A DNA stretch of 64,000 nt from Nitrospirota bacterium (GCA_963749655.1 CAVVOB010000012.1:128001-192000); one strand, 5' to 3'. Counted from the stretch's first letter, positions 51,136-61,163 are shown. The notes: generated from the letters alone by a model not told the origin. A program made the numbers and translations.

Positions 51136-51462
51136 TTATTTCCCGTAGCCGCCCGCTGCCGGGGCGCCATACCCGCCTGCCTTCGGGGCCGCAGGAGCCC
51201 CGTACCCGCCTGCTGCCGGGGCTGCCGGAGCGCCGTACCCGCCGGCCGCCGGAGCTGCGCCGGAACCGTACCCGCCGGCCGCCGGAGCTGCGCCGGAACC
51301 ATATCCACCTGCCGCCGGAGCTGCACCGGAACCGTATCCACCGCCAGCTGCCTGGCCCTGAATGGCCTTGGCCGTTGTCGTTTCCTGTTGCTGACTATAC
51401 ACCACGAGAAAACCGATAATTGACGCAACGATCGCGATGAGAACTACCAGGGGTGTCTTCAT
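51136..51462 (-). CDS. membrane-anchored Gly/Ala/Pro/Tyr repeat protein (7 x GGYG)
   Basis: AGGAGG RBS, N-terminal hydrophobic helix, tandem ~33-bp repeats encoding GGYGSGAAPAA / GGYGAPAAPAA. Confidence 0.85.
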   Translation of the reverse strand: MKTPLVVLIAIVASIIGFLVVYSQQQETTTAKAIQGQAAGGGYGSGAAPAAGGYGSGAAPAAGGYGSGAAPAAGGYGAPAAPAAGGYGAPAAPKAGGYGAPAAGGYGK

Positions 51463-51498
51463 AACTCCTCCTGTATTCGTATGGGTTGAAGGCCCGTT

Positions 51499-51750
51499 CT
51501 AGGCCTTTTGGATTTTAAAGATGATCTTGCCGCCTTCGTTCTTCTTTTCCACCAGGTCGTGTCCGGCCTGGTCGATCATCTGCACGATCGTTTCCGCGGA
51601 AGAGGGGTTGTCGAAGATCATTTCGAGCGTCTCTCCGGAGTTGATTTTTTCGAGCGATTTCTTGCAGTAAATCTGGGGATGAGGGCATACATAGCCGCAC
51701 ACATCAAGCATGTAGGTTCCGTCGCTTTTTTTTTCAAATTTCATTGCCAT
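51499..51750 (-). CDS. TusA/YeeD family sulfurtransferase
   Basis: LDVCGYVCPHP..DNPSS. Confidence 0.92.
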   Translation of the reverse strand: MAMKFEKKSDGTYMLDVCGYVCPHPQIYCKKSLEKINSGETLEMIFDNPSSAETIVQMIDQAGHDLVEKKNEGGKIIFKIQKA

Positions 51751-51786
51751 GGTAAAGTTCCTCCTTTGATATTGAGTGCCGGATTG

Positions 51787-53205
51787 TTAAAAATCTGCCA
51801 TTTCCGCAGCCATCTTTCTTTCGGACCACCAGTTGAAGAACTTGACGCCGGCAAAGGCGCCGGTCACCATGCCGATCCCGTACAGCCAGCCGCTGGGGTC
51901 GCCGCCTGCGACGCGGATGAAGAAAGCGCCAATGTTGCATCCCAGCGCCGGGCGCGATCCGAGGCCCATCAGCGTGCCGCCCAGGAGACCCCAAACGATC
52001 AGCTCGCCCTTCGGGAGCTTGAACTTGAATTCCTTGCTCATGAGCGACATGATCATGGCGCCGAAGATGATGCCGAGGGACATCCAGAGCGCCGGGTTTC
52101 TCCACAGCTCAGGGAGGCCGTTGTTCACGCCGAAGAACACGTTGTCACGCATGTTCCAGCCGAGCTTGCTCAGGACCCAGGCCCCGAACTGGCCTTCCTG
52201 GCTCGTGATGTACCAGTAGCCGGGGTCGAACACGGTGCCCCGGATGCTGGTGTCCGCTGCATGTCCCATCTTGGTCAGGAGCTGCCCGAAGTTTGAAACG
52301 CCGAACTTGATCTGCATGCCTTTCATGACGAAAATATGGAGTCCCGCCGTGATGCCGATGATGACGCCCATGATAGTGGTTCGCTTGGACGCGGTCAGCA
52401 TGCTCCAGATTCCGGAAAATTCGTCCGCGAACGTAGCCGGTTTGCCCGTCTTTTTCGCGAGTTTTTTCAGGAACCCTTTACGGATGTAGAAAGCATAGAT
52501 AACCACGATAAGTATAAGCGCGGGGATGATCGCGCTGATGAGCGCGTCAGCGACAAAATATTTCGATGCGCCTGGAAGGACGCTGGCAAAGGTTTCGGTA
52601 TGCGAGAGCTGGATCGAAGGTTTGTCCCAGACATAGCCGGTAAGGTAGTAGTCGAACCAGGAAGTGACCTTGTCAGCCGGAAGGTTCTTCGCTGCGGAGG
52701 ATGCTACCCAGGAATCAGGGACCAGTTTCAGGAATGGCCCGCCGACATCGACAAAGATGGCCTGGCCGAAGGATATGCCGAGAATCGAGAGGATCGAGGT
52801 GCCGTTGCCCTCACCGATCTTATACAGCGAGCCCGACGCGCACCCGCCGGCAAGGACCATGCCGACACCGAAGATCATCCCCGAGATGAGTGTATGAATG
52901 CCGAACGGAGCCGGGTGGAAGGTGCTCATGTTCGTGGCCGCCAGGGTAGCCTGGATGATGCTGAAAAAGATAAGTGCCACCAGGATGCCCACGGCCATTC
53001 TGGGAACGCCCGCGGCAAACAGGTCCCTCGATGCCGACGCAAAGCAGAACCTGCCGTACTGCAGCATCATGCCGTAAGCAATTCCGAACCAAATATATAC
53101 TACGAGATACATGTAGTATACATTCGCCTTGTAGTAGAGCAGGCTGATGAAGATCATCACGCCTGTCACGATAAAGGCCCAGATCTGATTTTTTTTCTCA
53201 TCCAT
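51787..53205 (-). CDS. YeeE/YedE sulfur (thiosulfate) transporter, full length
   Basis: Three conserved Cys motifs: GRFCFASA, AGGCASGSL and ALGCNIG. Confidence 0.92.
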   Translation of the reverse strand: MDEKKNQIWAFIVTGVMIFISLLYYKANVYYMYLVVYIWFGIAYGMMLQYGRFCFASASRDLFAAGVPRMAVGILVALIFFSIIQATLAATNMSTFHPAPFGIHTLISGMIFGVGMVLAGGCASGSLYKIGEGNGTSILSILGISFGQAIFVDVGGPFLKLVPDSWVASSAAKNLPADKVTSWFDYYLTGYVWDKPSIQLSHTETFASVLPGASKYFVADALISAIIPALILIVVIYAFYIRKGFLKKLAKKTGKPATFADEFSGIWSMLTASKRTTIMGVIIGITAGLHIFVMKGMQIKFGVSNFGQLLTKMGHAADTSIRGTVFDPGYWYITSQEGQFGAWVLSKLGWNMRDNVFFGVNNGLPELWRNPALWMSLGIIFGAMIMSLMSKEFKFKLPKGELIVWGLLGGTLMGLGSRPALGCNIGAFFIRVAGGDPSGWLYGIGMVTGAFAGVKFFNWWSERKMAAEMADF

Positions 53206-53556
53206 AAGACTATTTCCCCCTTAAAAAATAGTTTAAAAGAAGCAAAAGGATGGTGAACCGATAATTGTGCTCGACTATCGTCCCCCCTTTCCCCGGTGGA
53301 GTCCGCTGATTGATTATAGCAAGTAGCTGGGGCGTTCGTAGGTGAAGGTAAATTTGTGGAGTGCACATCATCTACAGGTGTATATATAAATAACACAAAA
53401 TGCCCACCGAAAACAAGACTTTTTTTCGGGTTTGCGCTGCGTAATTATTTGATTTTAAAATATAAAATTGTAATTTTAGCCTGGATGCATTATGCAACAT
53501 ATATGCATAAACATGGCGTGAAATAAGGGTGGAATTGAGGTGGAAATGTGGGCAGG

Positions 53557-55269
53557 TCAGCGGTCCCGGGCGGCCGGAGCCCCCTGGGCCGCGGAATAGA
53601 CGCAGATGGCGGTCTGCAAACGGAAGATCGCCTCGCTTTTGTCGAACGTTGCGGACAGCCGGCGGCCCCCCAGTCTCTGTATCAGGGCTTTCGGAAGAGC
53701 GGTGGAGGTCATATCCGAGATGACGACGAGTGCGGCGGTCTCCCGGTTTGCGGGCAACGGCGCTTCGTAGTATGGAGGATTTCGGTACTCCCAGGTGAAC
53801 CGGAGTGAGGATTGCATTCTCTCATCGTCGGGGGGGAAAGATTCGGGGGAGTAGCGGAACACCAGGCGTTTGTCGGTGAACAGGTCAAGCAGGGGCACTG
53901 CAGTTGCCGGATTTGCCATGGGGTCCGCAGGAGGGATCGTGATGACCTCGACTTGGTCCTCCTTCAGCGTATTCAGGTATCGACCGGCCCTCTGCAGGTT
54001 TGCAGCGCTCATGGTCTCCGCAAGCGGCAAATAGGCGAAGACCGCAACCACGATCGATGACGTGACGATGCCGTAGGAAATGAAGCGTCGAAGATCATCG
54101 CGTCTGACCATCTGCAGCCCGTATCCGGCCATCAGCGCGAGCATAGGGAAGACCGGAAGCGTGTACCTGATCCGTTTGACGCTGAAGGCAAAGATGAAGA
54201 GAAGGGGCCAGGCCGCAATGAGAAACTTCGCGTCCCGCCGTCGGATTGCAGCAACGGCAGCAACCAGCGCTGCCGCGATTATGAAGGGGTGGGTCTGGAA
54301 CAGGAAGGTAGACAGGAAGCTTTCACCCCACCGGCCGAGTCCGGGTTTCTGATACTCGTGCAGGAGCCGGAGCTGTGCTGCAATCACATCATATTTCAAG
54401 AACAAGACGGTCCCTGCAAGGAGCGCCCCGGCAGCGAGAACGGCAGCGCTGCGGACCACGGTGTTTCTGGCTCCGGGTCCTTTCGTGCTGAAGGCGTAAA
54501 TTACGGCGGCGATGCCGAGCGTGGACAGCATGATCCAGGAGGAGTACTTTGCCATCACGGCCAGCGCCAAAGCGCCTGCGGCACCCAGGATCCGCAAAGC
54601 GCCCCCTTCATGCAAAACCTGGATGAAAGCGTAGAGCGCCAGTGTCAGGAAGAACATGGTCGGTACGTCCACGAGCAGAAGGGGGACCTGGGTCAGCAGG
54701 TACGGGATGCCGATGAGCAGAAGGCCGGCGATGAAGCCCGTTTCGCGGTTCCAGAGCTTTTTCCCGATCCGGCAGGTAAGAACCGAAGTGAGCGCGAACA
54801 GGGCGGTATTGAACAACTGGACGGCGATTCTGCTCTCGCCCGATATTTTAAAGATCAGGCCGTACAGGAACGGCAACAGCGGCAGGTCCGTCCAGGCGAC
54901 GATCGATCGGCCCCATTCCCTGAAAAAGTATCCTGCGCCGTACAGCTCGAGATGTTTGGCCTGGGTGAAGTACCGCGAGGCGTCGACGATGAGCTCGGAT
55001 TCCCGCCAGAAGGGCAGGCATGCCGCAAAGGAGACCGCGGCAAGGAAGGGCTGCTCGAATCGTTCAGGGATTGCGGGCCTCGACAGAATAAAAGCTAGAA
55101 CGAGGCCTGCGACCAGAAGAAGGTAGATCCGCGAGGCGTCGATCCCGGCAAAGGCCCAGGCCCAGCTGAAAAGGGTGTTGTTATCCGCTGTGCGTCCCAG
55201 ATAGGAGCAGACGAAGACCAGAAGAAAAAGAGCGCTGACAGCGAGGACGGGTGCAAGCCTGTACCGCAT
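53557..55269 (-). CDS. ArnT/PMT-family (GT-C) membrane glycosyltransferase
   Basis: DASRY, DLPL.P, LVDVP, AKY, RYTLP and many TM segments. Confidence 0.8.
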   Translation of the reverse strand: MRYRLAPVLAVSALFLLVFVCSYLGRTADNNTLFSWAWAFAGIDASRIYLLLVAGLVLAFILSRPAIPERFEQPFLAAVSFAACLPFWRESELIVDASRYFTQAKHLELYGAGYFFREWGRSIVAWTDLPLLPFLYGLIFKISGESRIAVQLFNTALFALTSVLTCRIGKKLWNRETGFIAGLLLIGIPYLLTQVPLLLVDVPTMFFLTLALYAFIQVLHEGGALRILGAAGALALAVMAKYSSWIMLSTLGIAAVIYAFSTKGPGARNTVVRSAAVLAAGALLAGTVLFLKYDVIAAQLRLLHEYQKPGLGRWGESFLSTFLFQTHPFIIAAALVAAVAAIRRRDAKFLIAAWPLLFIFAFSVKRIRYTLPVFPMLALMAGYGLQMVRRDDLRRFISYGIVTSSIVVAVFAYLPLAETMSAANLQRAGRYLNTLKEDQVEVITIPPADPMANPATAVPLLDLFTDKRLVFRYSPESFPPDDERMQSSLRFTWEYRNPPYYEAPLPANRETAALVVISDMTSTALPKALIQRLGGRRLSATFDKSEAIFRLQTAICVYSAAQGAPAARDR

Positions 55270-55397
55270 GGCGGGATTATAGCATTATCATTGGTGACGC
55301 ACCATGTTTTTCCGGCCGACAGCCGTGCACGGGCAGACTAACAGCATCGAACAATCCGTGTGCATCTCCGGGGTCTCATCCGCATCCGGAGAGGCGT

Positions 55398-56591
55398 TTA
55401 TTCCTTCTTGATCGCTGCCAGGGGTTCCAGGCTCTTGAGCCGCCAAATGGGTGAAAGCGCGCCGACAGCGCATATTACCACTCCCGTAACAAGACCCGCC
55501 GCCGCGATGGAAAGCCGGTCCGACCCCGTGATTCCGTTGGAAAGGGTTTTCAGAATGACGTAGTTTTTTTCAAGAAGCAGCGAAAGCGCTGATCCCGAGA
55601 GAACGCCGACAACGCTGCCGGCAGCTCCGACGGCGAATACCTCGGTCAGAAACAGCAGAACGATATGCGATTTCCGCGCTCCCATAGCCCTCATGATGCC
55701 GACTTCCCGTGATCGTTCCCCTGCAATGGCCGAAAAAATCGACCACGCCAGGAACAGGGACATGAGCGATGTCATGACGATCAGAACGACAAACAATTGC
55801 CTGAGATCCTTCAAGGTCCCGATGATGCTCTTCCCGATATCCTTTCGTGCAATGACGTCCACGTCCACGATCTCACCTTCTACCGCCCGCCCTACGACGT
55901 ATGGATCATAGCCTTTCTTGACCCTGGTCAGGATAATGGATATCTGACCGGCCTTCAATGCGGATTTTCCTTCCCGGAGTATGTCGGTCACGCTTTCCTC
56001 GCCGATGAAGATCGCGTTGTCCAGACCGGTCCCGGTTTTTTCCAGGCTTCCCAGGATGGTGAAGCGGGTGCCGAAGAGGTTGGCATCGACCTCCATGAGT
56101 CCGCGGCCGATGTTGAGAAACGATTCGTACCCGACAATCGCCTCCCCTCTGTTCAGTCTCCTTCCGATCGCTTTGTGCAGCCAGGGCTTGATGATGAAAT
56201 CCGAATCCTGATTGAACGCGACAATTTTTGCCTCGGGGATATCGCAGCAAAGACCGGGAATGGTGGTGAGATAGGTCTGGTACGTGATCTGTTCTATCCC
56301 TTCTATCTTTTCCAGACGGGCGATGACCGATTTGTCCATGTAGAACGATCGCGCCTCGGTCTCGAGCAGCACTTCTTCGGCAATTCGGGACGCTCCGACA
56401 GGGATGACCAGGAGATCGGCTCCAAGCCGGTCGGAGGAACGTTTGATGCCCGAGGTCACGCTCACCACGAAGGACAGACCGAATACCAGCAAACAGGCGA
56501 CGAGGCTTATCGAAAAAGCGAGCACGCCCGTTCTGAAAGGTCTCCTTCGAAGATTCTTTATCCCAAAGGTTAAGAGGCTGAGTTTTTTCAT
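55398..56591 (-). CDS. ABC permease (MacB/FtsX family) with a periplasmic CC motif
   Basis: KNLRRRPFRT, RLGADLLV, PGLCCD and ERSREVGIMRAMGA. Confidence 0.88.
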   Translation of the reverse strand: MKKLSLLTFGIKNLRRRPFRTGVLAFSISLVACLLVFGLSFVVSVTSGIKRSSDRLGADLLVIPVGASRIAEEVLLETEARSFYMDKSVIARLEKIEGIEQITYQTYLTTIPGLCCDIPEAKIVAFNQDSDFIIKPWLHKAIGRRLNRGEAIVGYESFLNIGRGLMEVDANLFGTRFTILGSLEKTGTGLDNAIFIGEESVTDILREGKSALKAGQISIILTRVKKGYDPYVVGRAVEGEIVDVDVIARKDIGKSIIGTLKDLRQLFVVLIVMTSLMSLFLAWSIFSAIAGERSREVGIMRAMGARKSHIVLLFLTEVFAVGAAGSVVGVLSGSALSLLLEKNYVILKTLSNGITGSDRLSIAAAGLVTGVVICAVGALSPIWRLKSLEPLAAIKKE

Positions 56592-56690
56592 AATGGGGTT
56601 GTCGCCGGGGAAAACGAGCGGGCATTCCGGAAACATCACGGAATACCCGCTTTCTATCCTGTCAGTGAACGGGCTGCATCGTGCAGGGAG

Positions 56691-57788
56691 CTATTTTTTC
56701 CAATTGCCGTCTATGCCGCACAGAATAGCACTTCCCGTTATGCCCGCTCCGTCATGGCAGGCCTTGCATGTCGATACCGGCTTGCCCACGAGTTTTTTTG
56801 CGGTCATATCGTACAGCTGTATGGTACCGTCCATGATATCCTTGTTGTCGGCGGTTTTCCCGACGTTTTCACGGAGTGTCAGAACGGCATATTTTCCGTC
56901 GGGAGTAGGCATCACGTCGTGGTTCTCTCCGCTCACCATCTCTTCGTCAAGCACCTTGAGCGTTTTTGCATCCATCAGGACCATCCTGTCCCTGCCCGAC
57001 TGCAACAGATATTTCCCGTCGGTGGTGAAATACTGTCTGAAGGTGATGGTTTTTCCGGGATCTCCCGTGATGGTGGCTTTTTTAGTCACCTTTGCCTTGC
57101 CTTGCTCGAGTGATTTCATATCGAGCATGAGAATATCGATCTTCCCGTTGGGTTTTCCGCCGTCCGCCAGGTTCACCGCCACGACGAAGCTCTTCATGTC
57201 CGGAGTATTCGTGCCGTGATAAAATTTCGTCTCGCCCGGCTTGTAATCAAGGAACACCCGGTGTTTCAGCTTGAGCGTTTTTTTGTCGAATACGTCGATA
57301 TAGGCCTCATCGGTCATGGTAACGGGCATGAAGGAATTATTGGACTGGCCCGAGCCGCAATAGAGCGCACCGGTCCACTTTGCACGATCGTCGAGTTTCA
57401 ACGCCTCGTCCTTTATCACTTTCCCGGTCGTCAGGTCCGAAACGCCGACGTGGACCATGCCGTTTGGGTCCAGTTTGTAGGTTGACCAATACATCTTGGT
57501 CCTGTCCTTGGCGTCGATCCTCGGGTCGTGGGTCGGATGGGTCGTTTTCGATCCGATATCGATTTTGTCCAGACTCGAGATTTTAATGGGATTTTCCGCG
57601 TTGCTCGGGTCGATGACCGCATCAGCCACGGCGAAATGACCGCCCATGGCCGATACATAGAGCTTGCCCGAATAAGTTTTTACCGAAGCCACAGCGGTCC
57701 CTGCTTTGACGTCCGCCGTGCTGAACCCGAGATAAGCCAGCAAAGCAAAAGCTGCGGCAACAATTGTGAGTATCGAGTATCTTTTCAT
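56691..57788 (-). CDS. exported beta-rich (propeller-like) protein with a C-terminal CxxCH heme-binding motif
   Basis: Signal peptide, TPDMK/TTDGK/TPDGK blade-like repeats, CKACH, extra Cys in YCGSG and LCGID. Confidence 0.75.
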   Translation of the reverse strand: MKRYSILTIVAAAFALLAYLGFSTADVKAGTAVASVKTYSGKLYVSAMGGHFAVADAVIDPSNAENPIKISSLDKIDIGSKTTHPTHDPRIDAKDRTKMYWSTYKLDPNGMVHVGVSDLTTGKVIKDEALKLDDRAKWTGALYCGSGQSNNSFMPVTMTDEAYIDVFDKKTLKLKHRVFLDYKPGETKFYHGTNTPDMKSFVVAVNLADGGKPNGKIDILMLDMKSLEQGKAKVTKKATITGDPGKTITFRQYFTTDGKYLLQSGRDRMVLMDAKTLKVLDEEMVSGENHDVMPTPDGKYAVLTLRENVGKTADNKDIMDGTIQLYDMTAKKLVGKPVSTCKACHDGAGITGSAILCGIDGNWKK

Positions 57789-58087
57789 TTTTCTCCCCCG
57801 TTTAGTATATTTCGTATTGTGCACATGCGAATTGCTGAGAGTAACGGATACCGTATTCAGGACAAAATGCAGGCCCTTGCTTCAGGTTATCACCTCCTTT
57901 TCTGGCGCCGAACCGGATCTTCTTCCCTGGCAATGCCCCGGCGAGGGAGAAAAACGGACGGCGTCATTCGGGATTCGTGAGATGATTCTGTATTGCTGCC
58001 CGTCGGAATGTATTGACTGCGTGCGAAAGGAAGGAAAAGCTCCCTCACGATGACATGCCGGCGCCGACAGGCCGAAACGGAGCGCAG

Positions 58088-58384
58088 CTAAGCTGTGACA
58101 GAATATTTGGGAGGATGTTCGTTTTGTACGGCGATAAGGAGTTGCGGGAACAGGGGTGCTGCGGGTCGATTGCATCGAAAGGAGGGGAACGACAACGGTG
58201 CTCCGTACTTGTCAGCCGCTATCGGAGCATCGTCGTGATCGATTGACTCGGTAAAGGACAACGGACATTCATTGAGCGTATCGACGGCTGATGAGCCGGC
58301 GGCGGGTGTGCTGGACGAGGTTGTACAGGGGACGAAGACGTTATACAGCAGCGTGATTGCTATGAGAATGGTGATCCATCTCAC
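58088..58384 (-). CDS. putative DUF2946-like leader protein
   Basis: N-terminal hydrophobic segment, Cys residues, C-terminal EHPP; start uncertain (GTG 58384 or TTG 58402). Confidence 0.45.
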   Translation of the reverse strand: MRWITILIAITLLYNVFVPCTTSSSTPAAGSSAVDTLNECPLSFTESIDHDDAPIAADKYGAPLSFPSFRCNRPAAPLFPQLLIAVQNEHPPKYSVTA

Positions 58385-58561
58385 GGGAGCACTATAGTGC
58401 AAAACAAAAATGCTGTCAATGCAAAAGCCAGGGCTGCAGAGAGGCGAAACTTCGTGATTGCGAAACTCGATAAACCGCAAAGGCCTCTTCATCGGGGCAC
58501 CGGTGAAGGGAACGGCATCGGAACAAGGGCAGCATGTCGCAGGGGCTTGAGGGAAGGAGGC

Positions 58562-58592
58562 AAAACCGGGAGGCATCAATGATGCCTCCCGG
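58562..58592 (-). terminator. intrinsic terminator after the rhodanese gene
   Basis: ccgggaggcatc/gatgcctcccgg stem plus TTTT on the minus strand. Confidence 0.7.
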
Positions 58593-58600
58593 AAGAGGAT

Positions 58601-59101
58601 TTACTTCTGCACGGGATAGTTCTTGGCCCCGGCATTCTTGATGGCCTCCTGCATCAGCTGGCCGCCGCGATAGCCCTTCGCCCACGCGGCATATCCGAAG
58701 GACATGGTATAGGCGTCATAGCCGAGCGCCCGCAGGCCGACGATGGGCAGGTTTTGCGTCTGGCCGGTAACACATGCCAGGATTATCTTCTTTCCCTTCG
58801 GGAGTTTACTCAGGTTTTCCGGCTTGAAAATGTCCTGCACCAAGATCTGGATGGAGCCCGGGATGTGACCTCCTCCGTACTCCGCAGGATTCGGCCGCAC
58901 ATCAACGATGACAAAGTCGGTTTTCTTTGCGCTGATCATAGCCGACACATCGTCGGCGCTGACCTGCCAGAACTTGGCTCCCGCGGCCTGCGAGAGAACG
59001 GTATTCAGTTTTGCGGCCATGTCATCCGCCGCAGAGGCCGTCGGAGCGGCTATGGTTACAGCACAGAGGGCAAGCACCAGTACGATCAGTATCTTTTTCA
59101 T
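58601..59101 (-). CDS. exported rhodanese-domain sulfurtransferase
   Basis: Signal peptide (ASA-A), IVDVR..EY..GHIPGS, active-site CVTGQT. Confidence 0.9.
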   Translation of the reverse strand: MKKILIVLVLALCAVTIAAPTASAADDMAAKLNTVLSQAAGAKFWQVSADDVSAMISAKKTDFVIVDVRPNPAEYGGGHIPGSIQILVQDIFKPENLSKLPKGKKIILACVTGQTQNLPIVGLRALGYDAYTMSFGYAAWAKGYRGGQLMQEAIKNAGAKNYPVQK

Positions 59102-59285
59102 GGTTTTCTCCTTTTTGATGAAGTCGCTATGTCAAAACATTTCACACCACGCGAGGACGAGAAGGCACCGAGGTCATTATAACAAATATATTTGACCTGC
59201 GTTGGAGTCCACCCTGCCCTTAGGACAGGCCCTTCATTTCGCCATGACGGCGGGGAATATCCGGACGCTCACCAACCGTTCTATT

Positions 59286-59594
59286 TCAAAGGACGATCAC
59301 GCGGTCCGCTTCGTGCAGCATGGTTGCGTTGTTGTACTGGCTTCCGCAGACGATTTCCTTCGAGAGCCCTTCCGATGAAACACCCATGTGCTTTGCGCTG
59401 TGGTCGCAAAAGCTCATGGATACGCCGGGCGTCTTGCACAGCTCTGCATAGATCGCCGAGTGGACTACCTTGGTGCCGTCATCCATGTTGAAGAGGGTGA
59501 CCGTATGGCCTTTTGCAAGCGAGGCCATGGTGATCCCTTTTACGGCGTCGAGATTTTTATCGGTATTCACGAAAATGCCGAGTTTCATGAGCAT
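59286..59594 (-). CDS. DsrE-related protein, copy 1
   Basis: LFNMDDG, FCDHSA and CGSQYNNA..ADRVIVL. Confidence 0.85.
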   Translation of the reverse strand: MLMKLGIFVNTDKNLDAVKGITMASLAKGHTVTLFNMDDGTKVVHSAIYAELCKTPGVSMSFCDHSAKHMGVSSEGLSKEIVCGSQYNNATMLHEADRVIVL

Positions 59595-59614
59595 GTCTCC
59601 TTTCCGAATCCTCT

Positions 59615-59782
59615 TTACCAGGACACGACCTTGTCGCTGGAGAATATGAGGTCTACAAGCTTTCCATAATCCTTGTCCTTCCGAATGTCTACGAGAGTTA
59701 CGGTATTTCCCTTTTTGTGGATATCAAGAATAGTTTTTGCAGTGGCGTCGAGATCGCTCTTCTGTATATGGAGAACTTTCAT
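59615..59782 (-). CDS. small conserved protein (DsrH/TusB-like), copy 1
   Basis: MKVLHI..DYGKLVDLIFSSDKVVSW; GAGG RBS. Confidence 0.75.
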   Translation of the reverse strand: MKVLHIQKSDLDATAKTILDIHKKGNTVTLVDIRKDKDYGKLVDLIFSSDKVVSW

Positions 59783-59810
59783 TATCATCACCTCTTTAGG
59801 AAAATTAGTT

Positions 59811-60083
59811 TTAGTAGGGCACAATGTGGTCGTACTCAAGGAGCTTCTTTGCTAAATCTTCGGTTGACAGAAAATCCATGCCGTCATTCGCTTTCGTATT
59901 TGTGCAAAGCTTCATGCCCATGTCTTTGATCGTCTCGAGGTTCAGGTCGTTGTCGTCGTTTTTTTCGACCTTCCTGTCGAGCACATAGACATCGATCGTA
60001 TCGTCCATGAGCGTGACGCCGACGGACATCCGGAGGGCCTCACCCTGCCGGTCTCTGACGAGTACTGCGACTTTCTTTGCCAT
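59811..60083 (-). CDS. small conserved protein (DsrF-like), copy 1
   Basis: KKVAVLVRDRQGEALRMSVG..LAKKLLEYDHIVPY. Confidence 0.78.
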   Translation of the reverse strand: MAKKVAVLVRDRQGEALRMSVGVTLMDDTIDVYVLDRKVEKNDDNDLNLETIKDMGMKLCTNTKANDGMDFLSTEDLAKKLLEYDHIVPY

Positions 60084-60722
60084 GCGTTCCTCCTTATTAT
60101 TCGTATTATAGAAATTCTGGTTCATGTGCCGGGACTGATCCTGTCGTCATCGGATTTTGAACGACACCACCTCCTCGATCAACTGGTGACAACGGCGCAG
60201 TGGAAAAAAATTCGTGTTGAGAGAAATGATTGCGCTCCGACGGTTGTGTGATCCGGGGAGCCTTAGTTGCAGGATAAAGAATGTTAGCAGTTTCTAAACA
60301 GAATTAATTTGTTTCAGCAGGAATATGGTGTTCGGATGCGCGTACCATAATACAAAAAAATCCAAATTGCAAGCAGAGACCGGTTGTCTGTTCCATAAAG
60401 TCTCATTATGCGGTAATGAAAGATTTTTATACGACTGCACCGGCCGTCCAGCCGGACGGTTCGGCAGGTTTTCTTTCCTTCTGAAAACGAGTATTGACAG
60501 GCGGGATGGTTTTTGTTAAGGTACTGTGTCCTGCCCGTTCGGAATCGCATCCATCATCGACAATCATCGAACTATTGACGGGACGCTGTGCAGCCGGCAG
60601 CGCTGGCCGTTTTTTTTTCGGCCCGAGCACAATGCGGGAGCGGATTTCTTCAAGCTCATGGGGTGGGTAACGGGCTGCGGAAAGGCCCTAATTTGATACT
60701 TATCAATTGAGGAGGAACGATC

Positions 60723-60971
60723 ATGGCACTGAAAGACGAAGCACCGAAAGAAACGCTGGATACGCTCGGAAGAGTATGCCCCTATCCGCTTCTGCTGACC
60801 AAAAAAGCGCTGGAGAAGCTCGGCAGCGGCCAGATGCTGAAGGTTCTTTGCGATGCGCCCGCATCGGCCGAGGACAGCATCCCCCGGTATGCAGAGAAGC
60901 AGGGCTATACGTTCGAGTCCGTAAAGCTGGAAGACAAAGGCATGTGGGAGCTGTACATCAAGAAGTCCTAA
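60723..60971 (+). CDS. tusA: TusA family sulfurtransferase
   Basis: LDTLGRVCPYPLL..KKAL..LCD; GAGGAGG RBS. Confidence 0.92.
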   Translation: MALKDEAPKETLDTLGRVCPYPLLLTKKALEKLGSGQMLKVLCDAPASAEDSIPRYAEKQGYTFESVKLEDKGMWELYIKKS

Positions 60972-60993
60972 TTCGAGCACGAGTCAGTACCGT

Positions 60994-61027
60994 AGCCGGG
61001 CAGAAGCAATCTGCCCGGCTTTTTTTT
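60994..61027 (+). terminator. intrinsic terminator after tusA
   Basis: agccgggcaga..tctgcccggct plus T-run. Confidence 0.85.
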
Positions 61028-61163
61028 AGTATCGAGACCAGGCAGGCGACGGACTTCCTTCTTGCGGGCGATGCACCTGTCCGTGGGCGGAGGAAGGCAA
61101 CTTTGTCGTGGTTTTCTTCAGAGCGAAGTGGGATAATTGCCGCTGGCGAGAGGAGGTGAGACA

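Noticed and set aside
51136-51350. CRISPR-like array
   Set aside because: The ~33-bp units are contiguous in-frame coding repeats with no unique spacers, and no cas genes are present.
60084-60722. Moco or SAM riboswitch in the long divergent intergenic region
   Set aside because: Only isolated hairpins and plausible sigma70 boxes were seen; I could not match a riboswitch consensus.
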